From the NCBI GenBank assembly GCA_963777315.1, contig CAVZQC010000004.1:768001-832000 (forward strand): a stretch of DNA of 64,000 nt, given 5' to 3'. This stretch comes from Vulcanimicrobiota bacterium. Its GTDB lineage: Bacteria > Vulcanimicrobiota > Vulcanimicrobiia > Vulcanimicrobiales > Vulcanimicrobiaceae. The position numbers and the translations under genes are program-made. The notes under the pieces are model-generated. The model was not told the DNA's origin, did no database searches, and saw only the letters and a program-made list of their open reading frames with translations. Shown here one piece after another: positions 19,953 through 28,647 of the stretch (position 1 is its first letter; each line of letters opens with the position of its first letter).

Positions 19953-21242
19953 CTACTGCAGATAGTCGAAGAGCGTTTTACTCTCCAACCGCGTTGTGGT
20001 TCCGTACGCGGCCTGCAGCGCGGTCTGCGTCTGCGAGAACTGCGAGATTACCTTTGCAATATCGGCATCTTCAATGTCCGATTGCACCTTGGTGTCGTTA
20101 ACTACCTGTGAACCGGCAGCCGTTCCCAGCGCCGTCAACGTCTGAAGGCTTGCGCCAAGCGTGGCCCGCGCATCGAGCGTGGACTGCGTGGCGTTGTCGA
20201 TATCCGCGAGCTGACGCGAAACATCGGTCTGACGATTCGCCTGCGACTGCAGGCCGAACGCCTCGACGAAATTACCGGGGCTTGGCGCACCCGCACTGGC
20301 GGCGTCCGCAACGTCAAACCCGCCGCTTGCCGAGCTCAGCACCAGTTGCTGCCGGCGGTAATCGAAAGAGGCCGACACGCCGGTCGCGCCGGTCTGGGCG
20401 TTGATCGCGGCCAGCACGCCCGAGATCGTCGCGTTCTGCGCAATCGCAACGGTCACTCCCGACGGCGCTTGGCCCGACGTGATGGTGATGTCGACGTTTC
20501 CGTTGGCATCGGCTGCAAGGGGCGTGGCCAATACGCCGGAGTTAATCGCGGTTGCCGGTGCAAACGCGGTGTTGGTCGCGTTGACGCGGGACGAGCTTTG
20601 AGAGGTAACCGTTGCGCTGGTCAATGAATTGCGCAGCGCGATCAACGTTTGGAAAACGTCGGGCGAGCCGTCGGGAGCACCGTAGTTGAACGCTTGGCCA
20701 AGCGTCACCGACGTGCTGACGGATTCACCGTTGTACATTTGCTCGGTCTGCCCGTTCACATTTCCGCTGAAAGCGACGCCGGATATGGGCTGTCCGGTCG
20801 GCGTGACAGGTGCAGCCGTCGGATTGGCGGTTCCCGCGAAAACGTACTGTCCGGCATATTTCGTGTTGGCAACGCCGATGGCTTGCTGCAGAAGTCCGTC
20901 GACTTGGTTGGCCAACGCCTGCAGCTGCGCGCTGGTTTGCAATCCGCCGGCGGCCTGCACGGCGATGCTGCGGGCGCTTTGCATGATGCCGGTAAGCGAG
21001 GAAAGCGCGCCGTCCACGGTCGTGAGTTGGGCGCTGGCATTTTGAATGTTCGACGATCCCTGATTCTCTTGCGCGATCGACGCGCGTACGGCGAGATCTT
21101 GAGCGATTTCCATGGGATTGTCAGAAGGCACGTTGAGCTGCTTTCCCGACGATGCTTCAGCGCCGTATTGCTGCTGCTGAGCCGACAGCGTGTCGATTTG
21201 GCTGATTTGGTTGTCGTAGACCGTTGAAGTCGCGATCCGCAT
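19953..21242 (-). CDS. flgL: Hook-associated protein 3 FlgL
   Basis: MRIATS, SGKQLNVPSDNP, NTKYAGQYVFAG, C-terminal TLFDYL. Confidence 0.93.
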   Translation of the reverse strand: MRIATSTVYDNQISQIDTLSAQQQQYGAEASSGKQLNVPSDNPMEIAQDLAVRASIAQENQGSSNIQNASAQLTTVDGALSSLTGIMQSARSIAVQAAGGLQTSAQLQALANQVDGLLQQAIGVANTKYAGQYVFAGTANPTAAPVTPTGQPISGVAFSGNVNGQTEQMYNGESVSTSVTLGQAFNYGAPDGSPDVFQTLIALRNSLTSATVTSQSSSRVNATNTAFAPATAINSGVLATPLAADANGNVDITITSGQAPSGVTVAIAQNATISGVLAAINAQTGATGVSASFDYRRQQLVLSSASGGFDVADAASAGAPSPGNFVEAFGLQSQANRQTDVSRQLADIDNATQSTLDARATLGASLQTLTALGTAAGSQVVNDTKVQSDIEDADIAKVISQFSQTQTALQAAYGTTTRLESKTLFDYLQ

Positions 21243-21260
21243 GGCAGACTAGCCTCCTTG

Positions 21261-23414
21261 CTATTGTCCGGCGCCCAAGGTGTTGATGACGGTATTGAGC
21301 AGCGAGTCCAGCACGTTCATCGTACGGGCCGCAGCCTGATAGGCGTTTTGATACTTGATGAGATTCTGAGTTTCTTCGTCGATGTTGATGCCGTCGACGT
21401 TTTGGCGGCTGGTGTCGATATTCTGCGCGAGCGCCGCCTGCGCGGACGCACCGGTCGTCGCGGTCTGCGTGTCCATCGCCATCTGGGAGACGACCTGCCC
21501 GTAGTACGCGCCCAGCGTCTGCGTTTGCGCAGACGCAATCGAGAATCCGGCCGCATGGGCGTTTGCAAACGTAGCAGTAATCGACTCTATTCCGGTGGCC
21601 GGATTGACGCTGATTGCCGAGACGACGACGTTCTCTTGCGGCCCCGCTCCGCCGGCCTGCGCGTCCACGGTCAGCACGTCGCCGGGACGGACGGCGTTCA
21701 CTCCGGCGGGCAGCGCGATGGTGTACGTGCCCGGACCGGCAATGGCGGCGGCACTTGCCGTTTGCAGCGCCGGTACGCCGACGTTGCCTGCGAACATCGT
21801 TGCCAGCGCGTTGGCGGCGCCGATATCGGCGGCTCCAAACGCGTTGGATGCGTTTTGCTGCACGCCTTGAATGCCGCTCGCTCCCAGAGCTCCCAGCAGC
21901 GATGCGCCCGGCGTTGCGGGGTTGTTGCCGTCGGTTATGGTGAAGGTCGGATCGGTCGGCGTGCCGGCCGCCTGCTGCGCAGCGCGATGAACCGCATCGA
22001 TGTTGGAGGGGTCGCGGGCGAACACGATGTGCTGCGATGCGGCGTCGAAGGAGGCCGTTACGCCCAGATGCGCGCCGTTGAAATGCGTGATGAACGCGTC
22101 GATGCTCGAATCGGTGCCCGCTGCGGTCGTATCGTAATTGAACGTCTGCGCGACGCCGTCGACGGTGACGGTCAGCGTTCCGGTGATCCCGCCTGCGGCG
22201 GGCGGGTCCGCCAGAGCGCCGTTGCCGTTCATGGGGGCGGACGTATCGACCACGTTGTTTGCCGAATTGAGCGGCTGGACCAGGGTTCCCGCGGCGGTTG
22301 ACGCGAGCGCGGCGGGAAGCTGTGAGGGGTTGGTGATGCCGACCGTAATGTTCGACGCGGAAATCGGCTGCGAGGCGGCCTGCGGCTGGAAAAGAGCCGC
22401 GCCGGGCACGCCGTTCTGATCGTAGGCCGACTCGGTGACGCGATTGACTTCGTTTGCCGTCGCGGAGGCAAAGTCGTCCAGCTGCTGACCGTAGGCGGTC
22501 AGCTTGGTGTTGTAAAGATCCGCGTACGCAGCCAGCTGCGCGCTTCCCAGCGGAATACCGGGAGCGTTGGGCGAGGCCGGCGGGTTGCTCTGAAAATCGA
22601 TTTTGAAAACCGGAGTTCCGTTGGCTGCGGTTCCGATTGTGGGCGCCGCCAGGTGGTACGCGACCGTATCGTTCACCAACGCTTGGCCGTTGACCGTGAC
22701 CAGCGTCGAACCGTCGGCCTGAATGGACGTCTGCGTCGAGATGTATTGCGAAAGCTGATCGATCAGCGTATCGCGCTGGTCTTTAAAGGTGTTGGGGTTG
22801 TCGCCCACGGCCGTCGAAGCGCGAATTTGGCCGTTGAGAGCGGCAATTTGATCCAGGACGCCGTTGACGGTGGTCACGACTGCGCCCGCTTGCGTCATGA
22901 CTTGGGCCTTCTGGCCGCTGACCGCAGCCGCTGCCGCGTTCAGCGCGGTCGCCAGCGCCTGCGCCGACGACAGCACGTTCGCACGCGAACTGGTGGATCC
23001 GGTACCGGCTTGGCCGATCAGTTGGCCGACCGCAGTTTGAAACGCCGTGAAATACGAGCTGATACCGTTGCTGGGCTCTCCCAGGGACGACTGCAGAGCC
23101 GTCAGCGTCGTCTGCTCGGTGGAGAAATAGTTTTGCGACGACGACGCGCCGCGAAAGAGCGAATCGTATGAATCCTGGTGAATCCGCTGAACGTCCGAAA
23201 CGATCGAACCGTTGCCGAACGTGCCCGCGAAATGCGCCGAAGCGAACGGCGACCCGACCACCGGCTGCATCTGCGTAATGTCCGCGATCTGGCGAGACGC
23301 GCCGGGCGTGTTGACGTTGGCGATATTGTCCGACGTCACGTCGGCGGCTTCTTGGAACGTCTGCAGCGCGTTGCCCATAACTCCCAAGCCGAAGAAACTG
23401 CCTAATCCGCTCAT
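21261..23414 (-). CDS. flgK: Hook-associated protein 1 FlgK
   Basis: SDNIANVNTPGASRQ, DQRDTLIDQLS, GINIDEETQNLIKYQNAYQAAAR. Confidence 0.95.
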   Translation of the reverse strand: MSGLGSFFGLGVMGNALQTFQEAADVTSDNIANVNTPGASRQIADITQMQPVVGSPFASAHFAGTFGNGSIVSDVQRIHQDSYDSLFRGASSSQNYFSTEQTTLTALQSSLGEPSNGISSYFTAFQTAVGQLIGQAGTGSTSSRANVLSSAQALATALNAAAAAVSGQKAQVMTQAGAVVTTVNGVLDQIAALNGQIRASTAVGDNPNTFKDQRDTLIDQLSQYISTQTSIQADGSTLVTVNGQALVNDTVAYHLAAPTIGTAANGTPVFKIDFQSNPPASPNAPGIPLGSAQLAAYADLYNTKLTAYGQQLDDFASATANEVNRVTESAYDQNGVPGAALFQPQAASQPISASNITVGITNPSQLPAALASTAAGTLVQPLNSANNVVDTSAPMNGNGALADPPAAGGITGTLTVTVDGVAQTFNYDTTAAGTDSSIDAFITHFNGAHLGVTASFDAASQHIVFARDPSNIDAVHRAAQQAAGTPTDPTFTITDGNNPATPGASLLGALGASGIQGVQQNASNAFGAADIGAANALATMFAGNVGVPALQTASAAAIAGPGTYTIALPAGVNAVRPGDVLTVDAQAGGAGPQENVVVSAISVNPATGIESITATFANAHAAGFSIASAQTQTLGAYYGQVVSQMAMDTQTATTGASAQAALAQNIDTSRQNVDGINIDEETQNLIKYQNAYQAAARTMNVLDSLLNTVINTLGAGQ

Positions 23415-23890
23415 ACTTTGCTACTCACTATGACGCTGGTGCCCGCAGGGGCGACGTAACCCCGGCGTTTGTAGATGCCGGTGCGTTCGGTCATCGATTC
23501 CTGTACTTTGGACGTTATCTTGACCAGGCGCTCGAGCCCGGCCACGATCAGCGACTTGTTGTTCGCAATCGTAATGCCCAGCGAGATCGATCCGTATCGC
23601 AGCTCGGCCAAGCGCTGGTTCAGATCCGCGCGCAGATGAAAGGGCGCGTACGCGCAGACTTGCCTGAGCGTGAGGGAACCGAACCCGCGCACCTGCATGC
23701 CGCGACGTTTTGCGCTGCCCGCGTGATGCGCCGCGCGCGCGGCGTTGAGCCGGCCGTCCGCCTCCGAAATGGACTCCGGCGGGCCCAGCACCAGTACGCG
23801 CGTAAGGTGCAGCGCTGCCGAATTGAGCTGCGCGAGCGCCTCGGACTCCTCTTTGAGCGCGGCGGCAAAAGTCTCCCATGAATCGCTCAT
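23411..23890 (-). CDS. flgN: FlgN-like export chaperone
   Basis: Helical 159 aa ORF from MSDSWETF, ATGA-coupled to flgJ and flgK; NNKSLI..L and Y..RG C-terminal pattern. Confidence 0.65.
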   Translation of the reverse strand: MSDSWETFAAALKEESEALAQLNSAALHLTRVLVLGPPESISEADGRLNAARAAHHAGSAKRRGMQVRGFGSLTLRQVCAYAPFHLRADLNQRLAELRYGSISLGITIANNKSLIVAGLERLVKITSKVQESMTERTGIYKRRGYVAPAGTSVIVSSKV

Positions 23891-24267
23891 GGCTGCAGCT
23901 CCGAGGGAATCTGCGTCTTCGATTCGCGCGAGGCATCCGAAAGAACGCTGCTGCGCAATTGCTCTTCCAGTACGCGCGCGATGCCGAAGTTGCCGCTCTG
24001 CGCAACCGATTGCGAGCGCTGCTCGTCGAGCATGGTCTGAAAAGTCTGTTCGGCATTCGATTCCTGGCCGAAGATCGATTCTTTGGGCACCGTATCGCGC
24101 ATTGCGGTAAACAGCATGTCCAGAAAGACGCCTTCGAGCTGCGTGGCCGCCGTATGCAAACGCGACAGCGCGGCCTTCTGCTGGGGCGTGTACTGGGGCC
24201 CTTGCGTTTGCATTTGCTTCGGATCGAGGGCCGAAGGCTGGAGGCCAACCGCATTCGCCGGTTTCAT
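23887..24267 (-). CDS. flgJ: Rod-binding FlgJ N-terminal domain protein (no muramidase domain)
   Basis: LHTAATQLEGVFLDMLFTAMRDTVP..FQTMLDEQ..FGIARVLEEQL. Confidence 0.85.
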   Translation of the reverse strand: MKPANAVGLQPSALDPKQMQTQGPQYTPQQKAALSRLHTAATQLEGVFLDMLFTAMRDTVPKESIFGQESNAEQTFQTMLDEQRSQSVAQSGNFGIARVLEEQLRSSVLSDASRESKTQIPSELQP

Positions 24268-24444
24268 ACCGAACCTCCAGATTGCATCCGTTCAAGGTCG
24301 AGGGTCGAAGGCCGGAGGCCCCACGCGCAGCCCGGATACGCCTGTGTCAACGAATCTCCAGATTGCATCTGCTTACGAACGAGGGCCGAAGGCCGGGGGC
24401 CCCACGCGCAGCCCGGATACGCCTGTTTCACTGAATCTCCAGAT
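24209..24444. repeat. Tandem repeat: two 81-bp units plus one diverged 74-bp unit
   Basis: Units 24364-24444 and 24283-24363 share GAAGGCCGGRGGCCCCACGCGCAGCCCGGATACGCCTGT and GAATCTCCAGAT; unit 24209-24282 covers the flgJ start. Confidence 0.9.
24264..24431 (-). CDS. Putative 55-aa peptide encoded by the repeat
   Basis: GTG overlaps flgI TGA and TGA overlaps flgJ ATG; MKQAYPGCAWGPRPSALVRKQMQSGDSLTQAYPGCAWGLRPSTLDLERMQSGGSV. Confidence 0.4.
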   Translation of the reverse strand: MKQAYPGCAWGPRPSALVRKQMQSGDSLTQAYPGCAWGLRPSTLDLERMQSGGSV

Positions 24445-25552
24445 CGGCTTGCAGCGCGCCCGCTTCACGCAGCGCTTGGACGATTGCGATCAGGTCGCGA
24501 GGCGTCACGCCCATCGTGTTCAGGGCGCGCACGACGCTCTGCAGCGTCGCGGCTCCGGCTACGAAAGTCAGCTGCCGTTTTTGCTCGGTCGCGGTGACGC
24601 GAGTGTTGGTCTGAAGCCCGCCGCCGGTCCGGCTGAAGGAAGACGGCACGAACTTCTGCTCGGTGCTGATCGTAATCGACAAATTGCCGTGGGCAATCGC
24701 GCACGGCGCCAGTTTGATGTCGCCCCCGAAAACGATCGTTCCGGTGCGTTCGTTCATCACGACCTTGGCGAGCTGGTCCTGCGCGAGCGAAACGTCGCTT
24801 GCGTCGGCGAGAAACTGAACGGGATTGTTGCGGTAAGCGCCCGGCAGGCTCACGTGTATCGTCTCGGCATCCAGAGCGCCGGCCGTACCGCCGCCGAAGT
24901 GCCGGTTGAGGGCCGTGGCCAAATTCGCCGCCGTCTTGAAATCGGGCGTCGTGAGAACGTAGTTGAAACCGTTGCCGCTTTGAATCGGCGTAAGCATGTC
25001 GCGTGCGATCACCGCGCCGTTGGGAATGCGTCCGGCTGTCGGATGGTTCTTGGTGAAACTGGACGAGTCGAAGCCCGCCGTGAAGCCGCCGATCGAAAGC
25101 GGGCCTTGCGCGGTCGCGTAAACCAAGTTGTTGGCGGCTTTGAGCTCGGTGAGAATGAGCGTCCCGCCCTGCAGGCTGCTCGAATCGCCCATTGCCGACA
25201 CGGTAACGTCGACGTTGTCGCCGGAGTGCGCGAACGGCGGCAGCGTAGCGGTGACCATGACGGCGGCCACGTCGCGCGTACGCACTTCGTTGCTCGTGGT
25301 CGAGATGCCGAACGACTGCAGAACGTTTTGAATCGATTGACTGGTGAAGATCACCGACGTCGAGTCGCCGGTGCCGTTCAAGCCGGTCACCAGGCCGTAG
25401 CCCACCAGTTGATTGCCGGTGACGCCCTGCACGTGCGCAACGTCCTTCACGTAGACCTGGGTCGAAGCTGCGGCCGGCAGCACGGAGCCGGCGGCGCAAA
25501 GGGCCGCGCACAGGGCGAAGGTTAACCAACGGTATACAATTGCGGTCATCAT
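24428..25552 (-). CDS. flgI: Flagellar P-ring protein FlgI
   Basis: NQLVGYGLVTGLNGTGD, VAAVMVTATLPPF, SLQGGTL, GALQADLEI. Confidence 0.95.
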   Translation of the reverse strand: MMTAIVYRWLTFALCAALCAAGSVLPAAASTQVYVKDVAHVQGVTGNQLVGYGLVTGLNGTGDSTSVIFTSQSIQNVLQSFGISTTSNEVRTRDVAAVMVTATLPPFAHSGDNVDVTVSAMGDSSSLQGGTLILTELKAANNLVYATAQGPLSIGGFTAGFDSSSFTKNHPTAGRIPNGAVIARDMLTPIQSGNGFNYVLTTPDFKTAANLATALNRHFGGGTAGALDAETIHVSLPGAYRNNPVQFLADASDVSLAQDQLAKVVMNERTGTIVFGGDIKLAPCAIAHGNLSITISTEQKFVPSSFSRTGGGLQTNTRVTATEQKRQLTFVAGAATLQSVVRALNTMGVTPRDLIAIVQALREAGALQADLEIQ

Positions 25553-26154
25553 CAAAACAGCCAATTTAGTATTCGGCGGATCAGCCCCACATTTTTCTGT
25601 TGGAAGTTGCCGCTGAACGATCCCTGAACGTCCGCCATGCGCGAGCCCAGCACCGTGTCGCTGCTGTCGACGTCCTCGGGGCGGACCACACCCGTGACGT
25701 GCAGAGTCTGATCTTGTCCGTTCACGATCATGCGCTGGTCGCCGGCGACCTCAAGGGCTCCGCTGGGCAGAATTCCGACGACGGTAGCTTCCATATCGCT
25801 CGTAAACGTCGTTTGGCCGTTTTCGGTCTTGGAGTTTTGCGAGCCGGTTTGGCCGCCGATCGACGTCGGCAAACGGATGAACCCCAATATCGAGGGACCC
25901 GAACCGGAAGTTCCGGTCGAAGAGCCGACGTTGAACTGTTTGGTGTTGCTCGAAACGTCGCTGCTGAAGCTTTGCACGCTGAAGTTGAACTGCACGTGAA
26001 GCAGATCGCCTACTTGGGATGCGCGGTGGTCGGGTCCCAGCCGCAATGGATGTCCCGGCGCCGCGGCGGGCGGAGGAGCGGTGTAGAGGGTGTCCGCCTG
26101 TGCGGCGCACGGCAGCAGCAAGGCTAGCGCGGTTACAATGGCCGGCGTTTTCAC
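25552..26154 (-). CDS. flgH: Flagellar L-ring protein FlgH
   Basis: DHRASQVGDLLHV, VVGILPSGALEVAG, VTGVVRPEDV, SRMAD, C-terminal GLIRRILNWLF. Confidence 0.9.
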   Translation of the reverse strand: MKTPAIVTALALLLPCAAQADTLYTAPPPAAAPGHPLRLGPDHRASQVGDLLHVQFNFSVQSFSSDVSSNTKQFNVGSSTGTSGSGPSILGFIRLPTSIGGQTGSQNSKTENGQTTFTSDMEATVVGILPSGALEVAGDQRMIVNGQDQTLHVTGVVRPEDVDSSDTVLGSRMADVQGSFSGNFQQKNVGLIRRILNWLF

Positions 26155-26882
26155 GAACCATCACCTCCGGAAATATCCAGCTCGACGGTCGCCGGAGCCG
26201 TTACGGTGCCCGAGAGCGCTTTGTGCGTGGCGGGATTGAACACGAGTACCTGATCGCCTAAACCGCCGCCGGTGCGCGCGAGCACGTCGGCCGCAACGGT
26301 CACGCCGCTGTCGCGAACGATGAGCATCACCGTCGAACCGGCTTTGACGATCTGATTGACGGCAGTTGCGTCGATGCTCACCGGCTGGCTCTGCAGCACT
26401 GAGCTCAAGGTGCGCCGCCCGAGCAGCACGTCGATGCCGTTTGCCGCACGTCCGGCATACGGGACGCGCGCAAGCCGTAAATCGCCCTGCGCGAGCACCG
26501 TGCCCGGAGCGATATCGCGCGCAGCCACAGCGGTCTGCACGTACTGCTGCACGCGGTAGGCGACCAGCACGGTGCGATCGATGCGCCCGTTCACTGCGAT
26601 TTGCACCGGCACGTCCAAGAACGCACTCCCGCCCAACGGCGACTGCACGCGCAATGCCACGTGCCCTGCGCCCACGACTTGGTCTGCGACCACGCAAGCC
26701 GGAACCAGGTCGCGATCGTCCTGATGCGGCAATGCCGCGGCCGCGCGCGCTGCAAGGGCGGCGATGCGCCGGCCGCTCACGATTTGCGTGGCGACTTCGT
26801 AACTGCCCGAAATGGTGCCCGCGTATGCCGGCACGGCGGCAAACCCGAAGAGCGCCGCCGCGCACAACGCTAACCCTCGCAT
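26151..26882 (-). CDS. flgA: P-ring assembly chaperone FlgA (appears in-frame with flgG)
   Basis: Signal peptide MRGLALCAAALFGFAAVPAYA, SAF domain VAARDIAPGTVL, GGLGDQVLVFN. Confidence 0.85.
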   Translation of the reverse strand: MRGLALCAAALFGFAAVPAYAGTISGSYEVATQIVSGRRIAALAARAAAALPHQDDRDLVPACVVADQVVGAGHVALRVQSPLGGSAFLDVPVQIAVNGRIDRTVLVAYRVQQYVQTAVAARDIAPGTVLAQGDLRLARVPYAGRAANGIDVLLGRRTLSSVLQSQPVSIDATAVNQIVKAGSTVMLIVRDSGVTVAADVLARTGGGLGDQVLVFNPATHKALSGTVTAPATVELDISGGDGS

Positions 26883-27674
26883 TAGCTTTTGCTTCATCTG
26901 CACCGCGGTTTGCAGCATCTGATCGGCGCTGCTGATCGCTTTGGAATTCGCCTCGAACGCCCGCTGCGCGACGATCATGTTGACGATTTCCTGCACGACC
27001 TGAACGTTGGAGTTCTCCAAATACCCGCTCTGAATCGTACCGGCGCCGTTCAGGCCGGCAGCCGAAACGACCGGCGCGCCGGATGCGGCGGTCTGCGTGT
27101 AGAGATTCTGGCCGCCGACCGGCGACAAGCCTGCCGCGTTGACGAAGCGCGCGATCTGCACTTGTCCCAGTTGCTGGGGCTGCGTCGAGCCGGGGACGAG
27201 CGCCGTAACGGTGCCGTCGGATCCGATGGCAACCGACTGCGCGTTCTGCGGAATGGTGATTTGCGGCTGCAGAAAATACCCGTCGGCCGTGACCAGGGCG
27301 CCGTTGGCGTCCTGCTTGAACGAGCCGTCGCGCGTGTACGCCGTCGTGCCGTCCGGCATCGTGACTTGGAAAAACCCGTCGCCTTGAATCGCCATGTCGA
27401 GCGAGTTGCCGGTCTGCATCAGGTTGCCTTGAGTGAAGATCTTTTCCGACGAACCGACTTTGACGCCCAAACCGACTTCCTGTCCGACCGGAACCACGCT
27501 GGCTCCTACCGGCGAACCGGGCGCGCGCATTTCCTGATACACCAGATCCTGGAACCGCGCTTCGTTCCGGCGAAAGCCGGTCGTGTTCACGTTCGCCAAG
27601 TTGTTGGAAACGGTGTCCATGTTGAACTGCTGGGCTTCCATACCGCTGGCGGCGGTGAAGAGTGCTCGCATCAT
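26882..27674 (-). CDS. flgG: Distal rod protein FlgG; stop codon lost through apparent +1 A at 26887-26890
   Basis: MMRALFTAASGM, NNLANVNTTGF, YTRDGSF, GYLENSNV, QRAFEANSK. Confidence 0.93.
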
Positions 27675-27692
27675 GTGTGTTACCGGGCTCCT

Positions 27693-28475
27693 TTATTGTG
27701 CCGACGTCCGCCCGACGTTCGCGATCGCGAAGCCGTTGGCGGTGTCTTGCGTTTGAATGGATTTTTGATTGGCTTCGAACCAGCGCTGCGCGGTGATCAG
27801 ATCGACCATCGAGCGGACGACGTTGGCGTTGCTGCGCTCGAGATATCCTTGGTTGACCGTCGATTGCGTATCGAGTGCCGGACGCGCGGCGCCCGTGTCG
27901 GCAAAGCGGTTGTCCCCCTCGGGCCGAACCGCGCGCAGATTGCCGAATCGTACGATTCGCAGCGAATCGACGATTTGACCGTTCTGGTGCACGTCGCCGT
28001 TTTGCGCGATCGTCACCTTCCCCGCGCCGAGCTGGATGCTGCCGTCACGGCCCAGCACGCGATCGCCGCCCATCGTCACGAGGTAGCCCTGCGCGTCGCG
28101 CGCAAACTGTCCGTCGCGCGTGTAACGGATGCCCTGGGGGGTCTGCAGCGTGAAGAATCCGTCGCCCATGACGGCCGCGTCCAGATCATTGCCGGTGTTT
28201 TGCAGCGCGCCTTGCTCGAAAACCGCGGGCGTGTCCATGACCTGCGCACCGGTGCCCAGTGCTCCGACGAACGAACGTCCGGGCGCACCTTGTCCGGGCG
28301 CGCTGCCGGGCTGGTTTTGGACCAGGTACACGCCCAATTCGGGAGCGGATTGCACCTGCAGCAAGGTTCGCTTGAAACCGCTGGTGTTCACGTTGGCCAA
28401 ATTGTTGGCGATCGCGTCCGCCTGCGACTGTGCTACCAGCGCTCCCGAGGCGGAAGTATAAAGCCCGCGTACCAA
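27693..28475 (-). CDS. flgF: Proximal rod protein FlgF
   Basis: RGLYTSASG, ANNLANVNTSGFK, YTRDGQF, QGYLERSNAN; TTG start after GGAGGG. Confidence 0.88.
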   Translation of the reverse strand: MVRGLYTSASGALVAQSQADAIANNLANVNTSGFKRTLLQVQSAPELGVYLVQNQPGSAPGQGAPGRSFVGALGTGAQVMDTPAVFEQGALQNTGNDLDAAVMGDGFFTLQTPQGIRYTRDGQFARDAQGYLVTMGGDRVLGRDGSIQLGAGKVTIAQNGDVHQNGQIVDSLRIVRFGNLRAVRPEGDNRFADTGAARPALDTQSTVNQGYLERSNANVVRSMVDLITAQRWFEANQKSIQTQDTANGFAIANVGRTSAQ

Positions 28476-28597
28476 AAGTCAACCCTCCGCACGGCCGTGT
28501 AGTACTCGGCAGAACGCCTCGTACGCGCGGAGCCGTCAATCGATCTTGCTCCGCCGCGGCTTCCACCCCGTGCGAAGGGCAGTCCGGCCGCGTTCAT
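28476..28597 (-). promoter_or_regulatory. Structured 5' leader of the flgF operon
   Basis: Three predicted helices including a 12-bp anti-SD/SD pairing. Confidence 0.5.
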
Positions 28598-28603
28598 TTC
28601 AAT

Positions 28604-28631
28604 CTATCGGTAAGGCTGCTTGCGGAATTTA
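28604..28631 (-). promoter_or_regulatory. Sigma28-like promoter for the flgF operon
   Basis: CTAAA-N16-ACCGATAG. Confidence 0.7.
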
Positions 28632-28647
28632 GAGCGCTATGGAATCT

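Noticed and set aside
24264..24431. Small ORF as the missing FlgM
   Set aside because: The sequence is a repeat of the FlgJ N-terminus and lacks FlgM's C-terminal helix motif
24209..24444. Possible CRISPR array
   Set aside because: Whole units are similar with no unique spacers, they derive from flanking gene ends, and there are no cas genes
26151..27674. Apparent natural FlgG-FlgA fusion (507 aa)
   Set aside because: Deleting one A from the AAAA run gives QMKQS-stop with a TAATG overlap into an intact FlgA signal peptide; it matches the other +1 errors
28476..28597. Known c-di-GMP riboswitch
   Set aside because: I could not find the class I (GNRA loop/receptor) or class II consensus by eye; kept as an unknown structured leader
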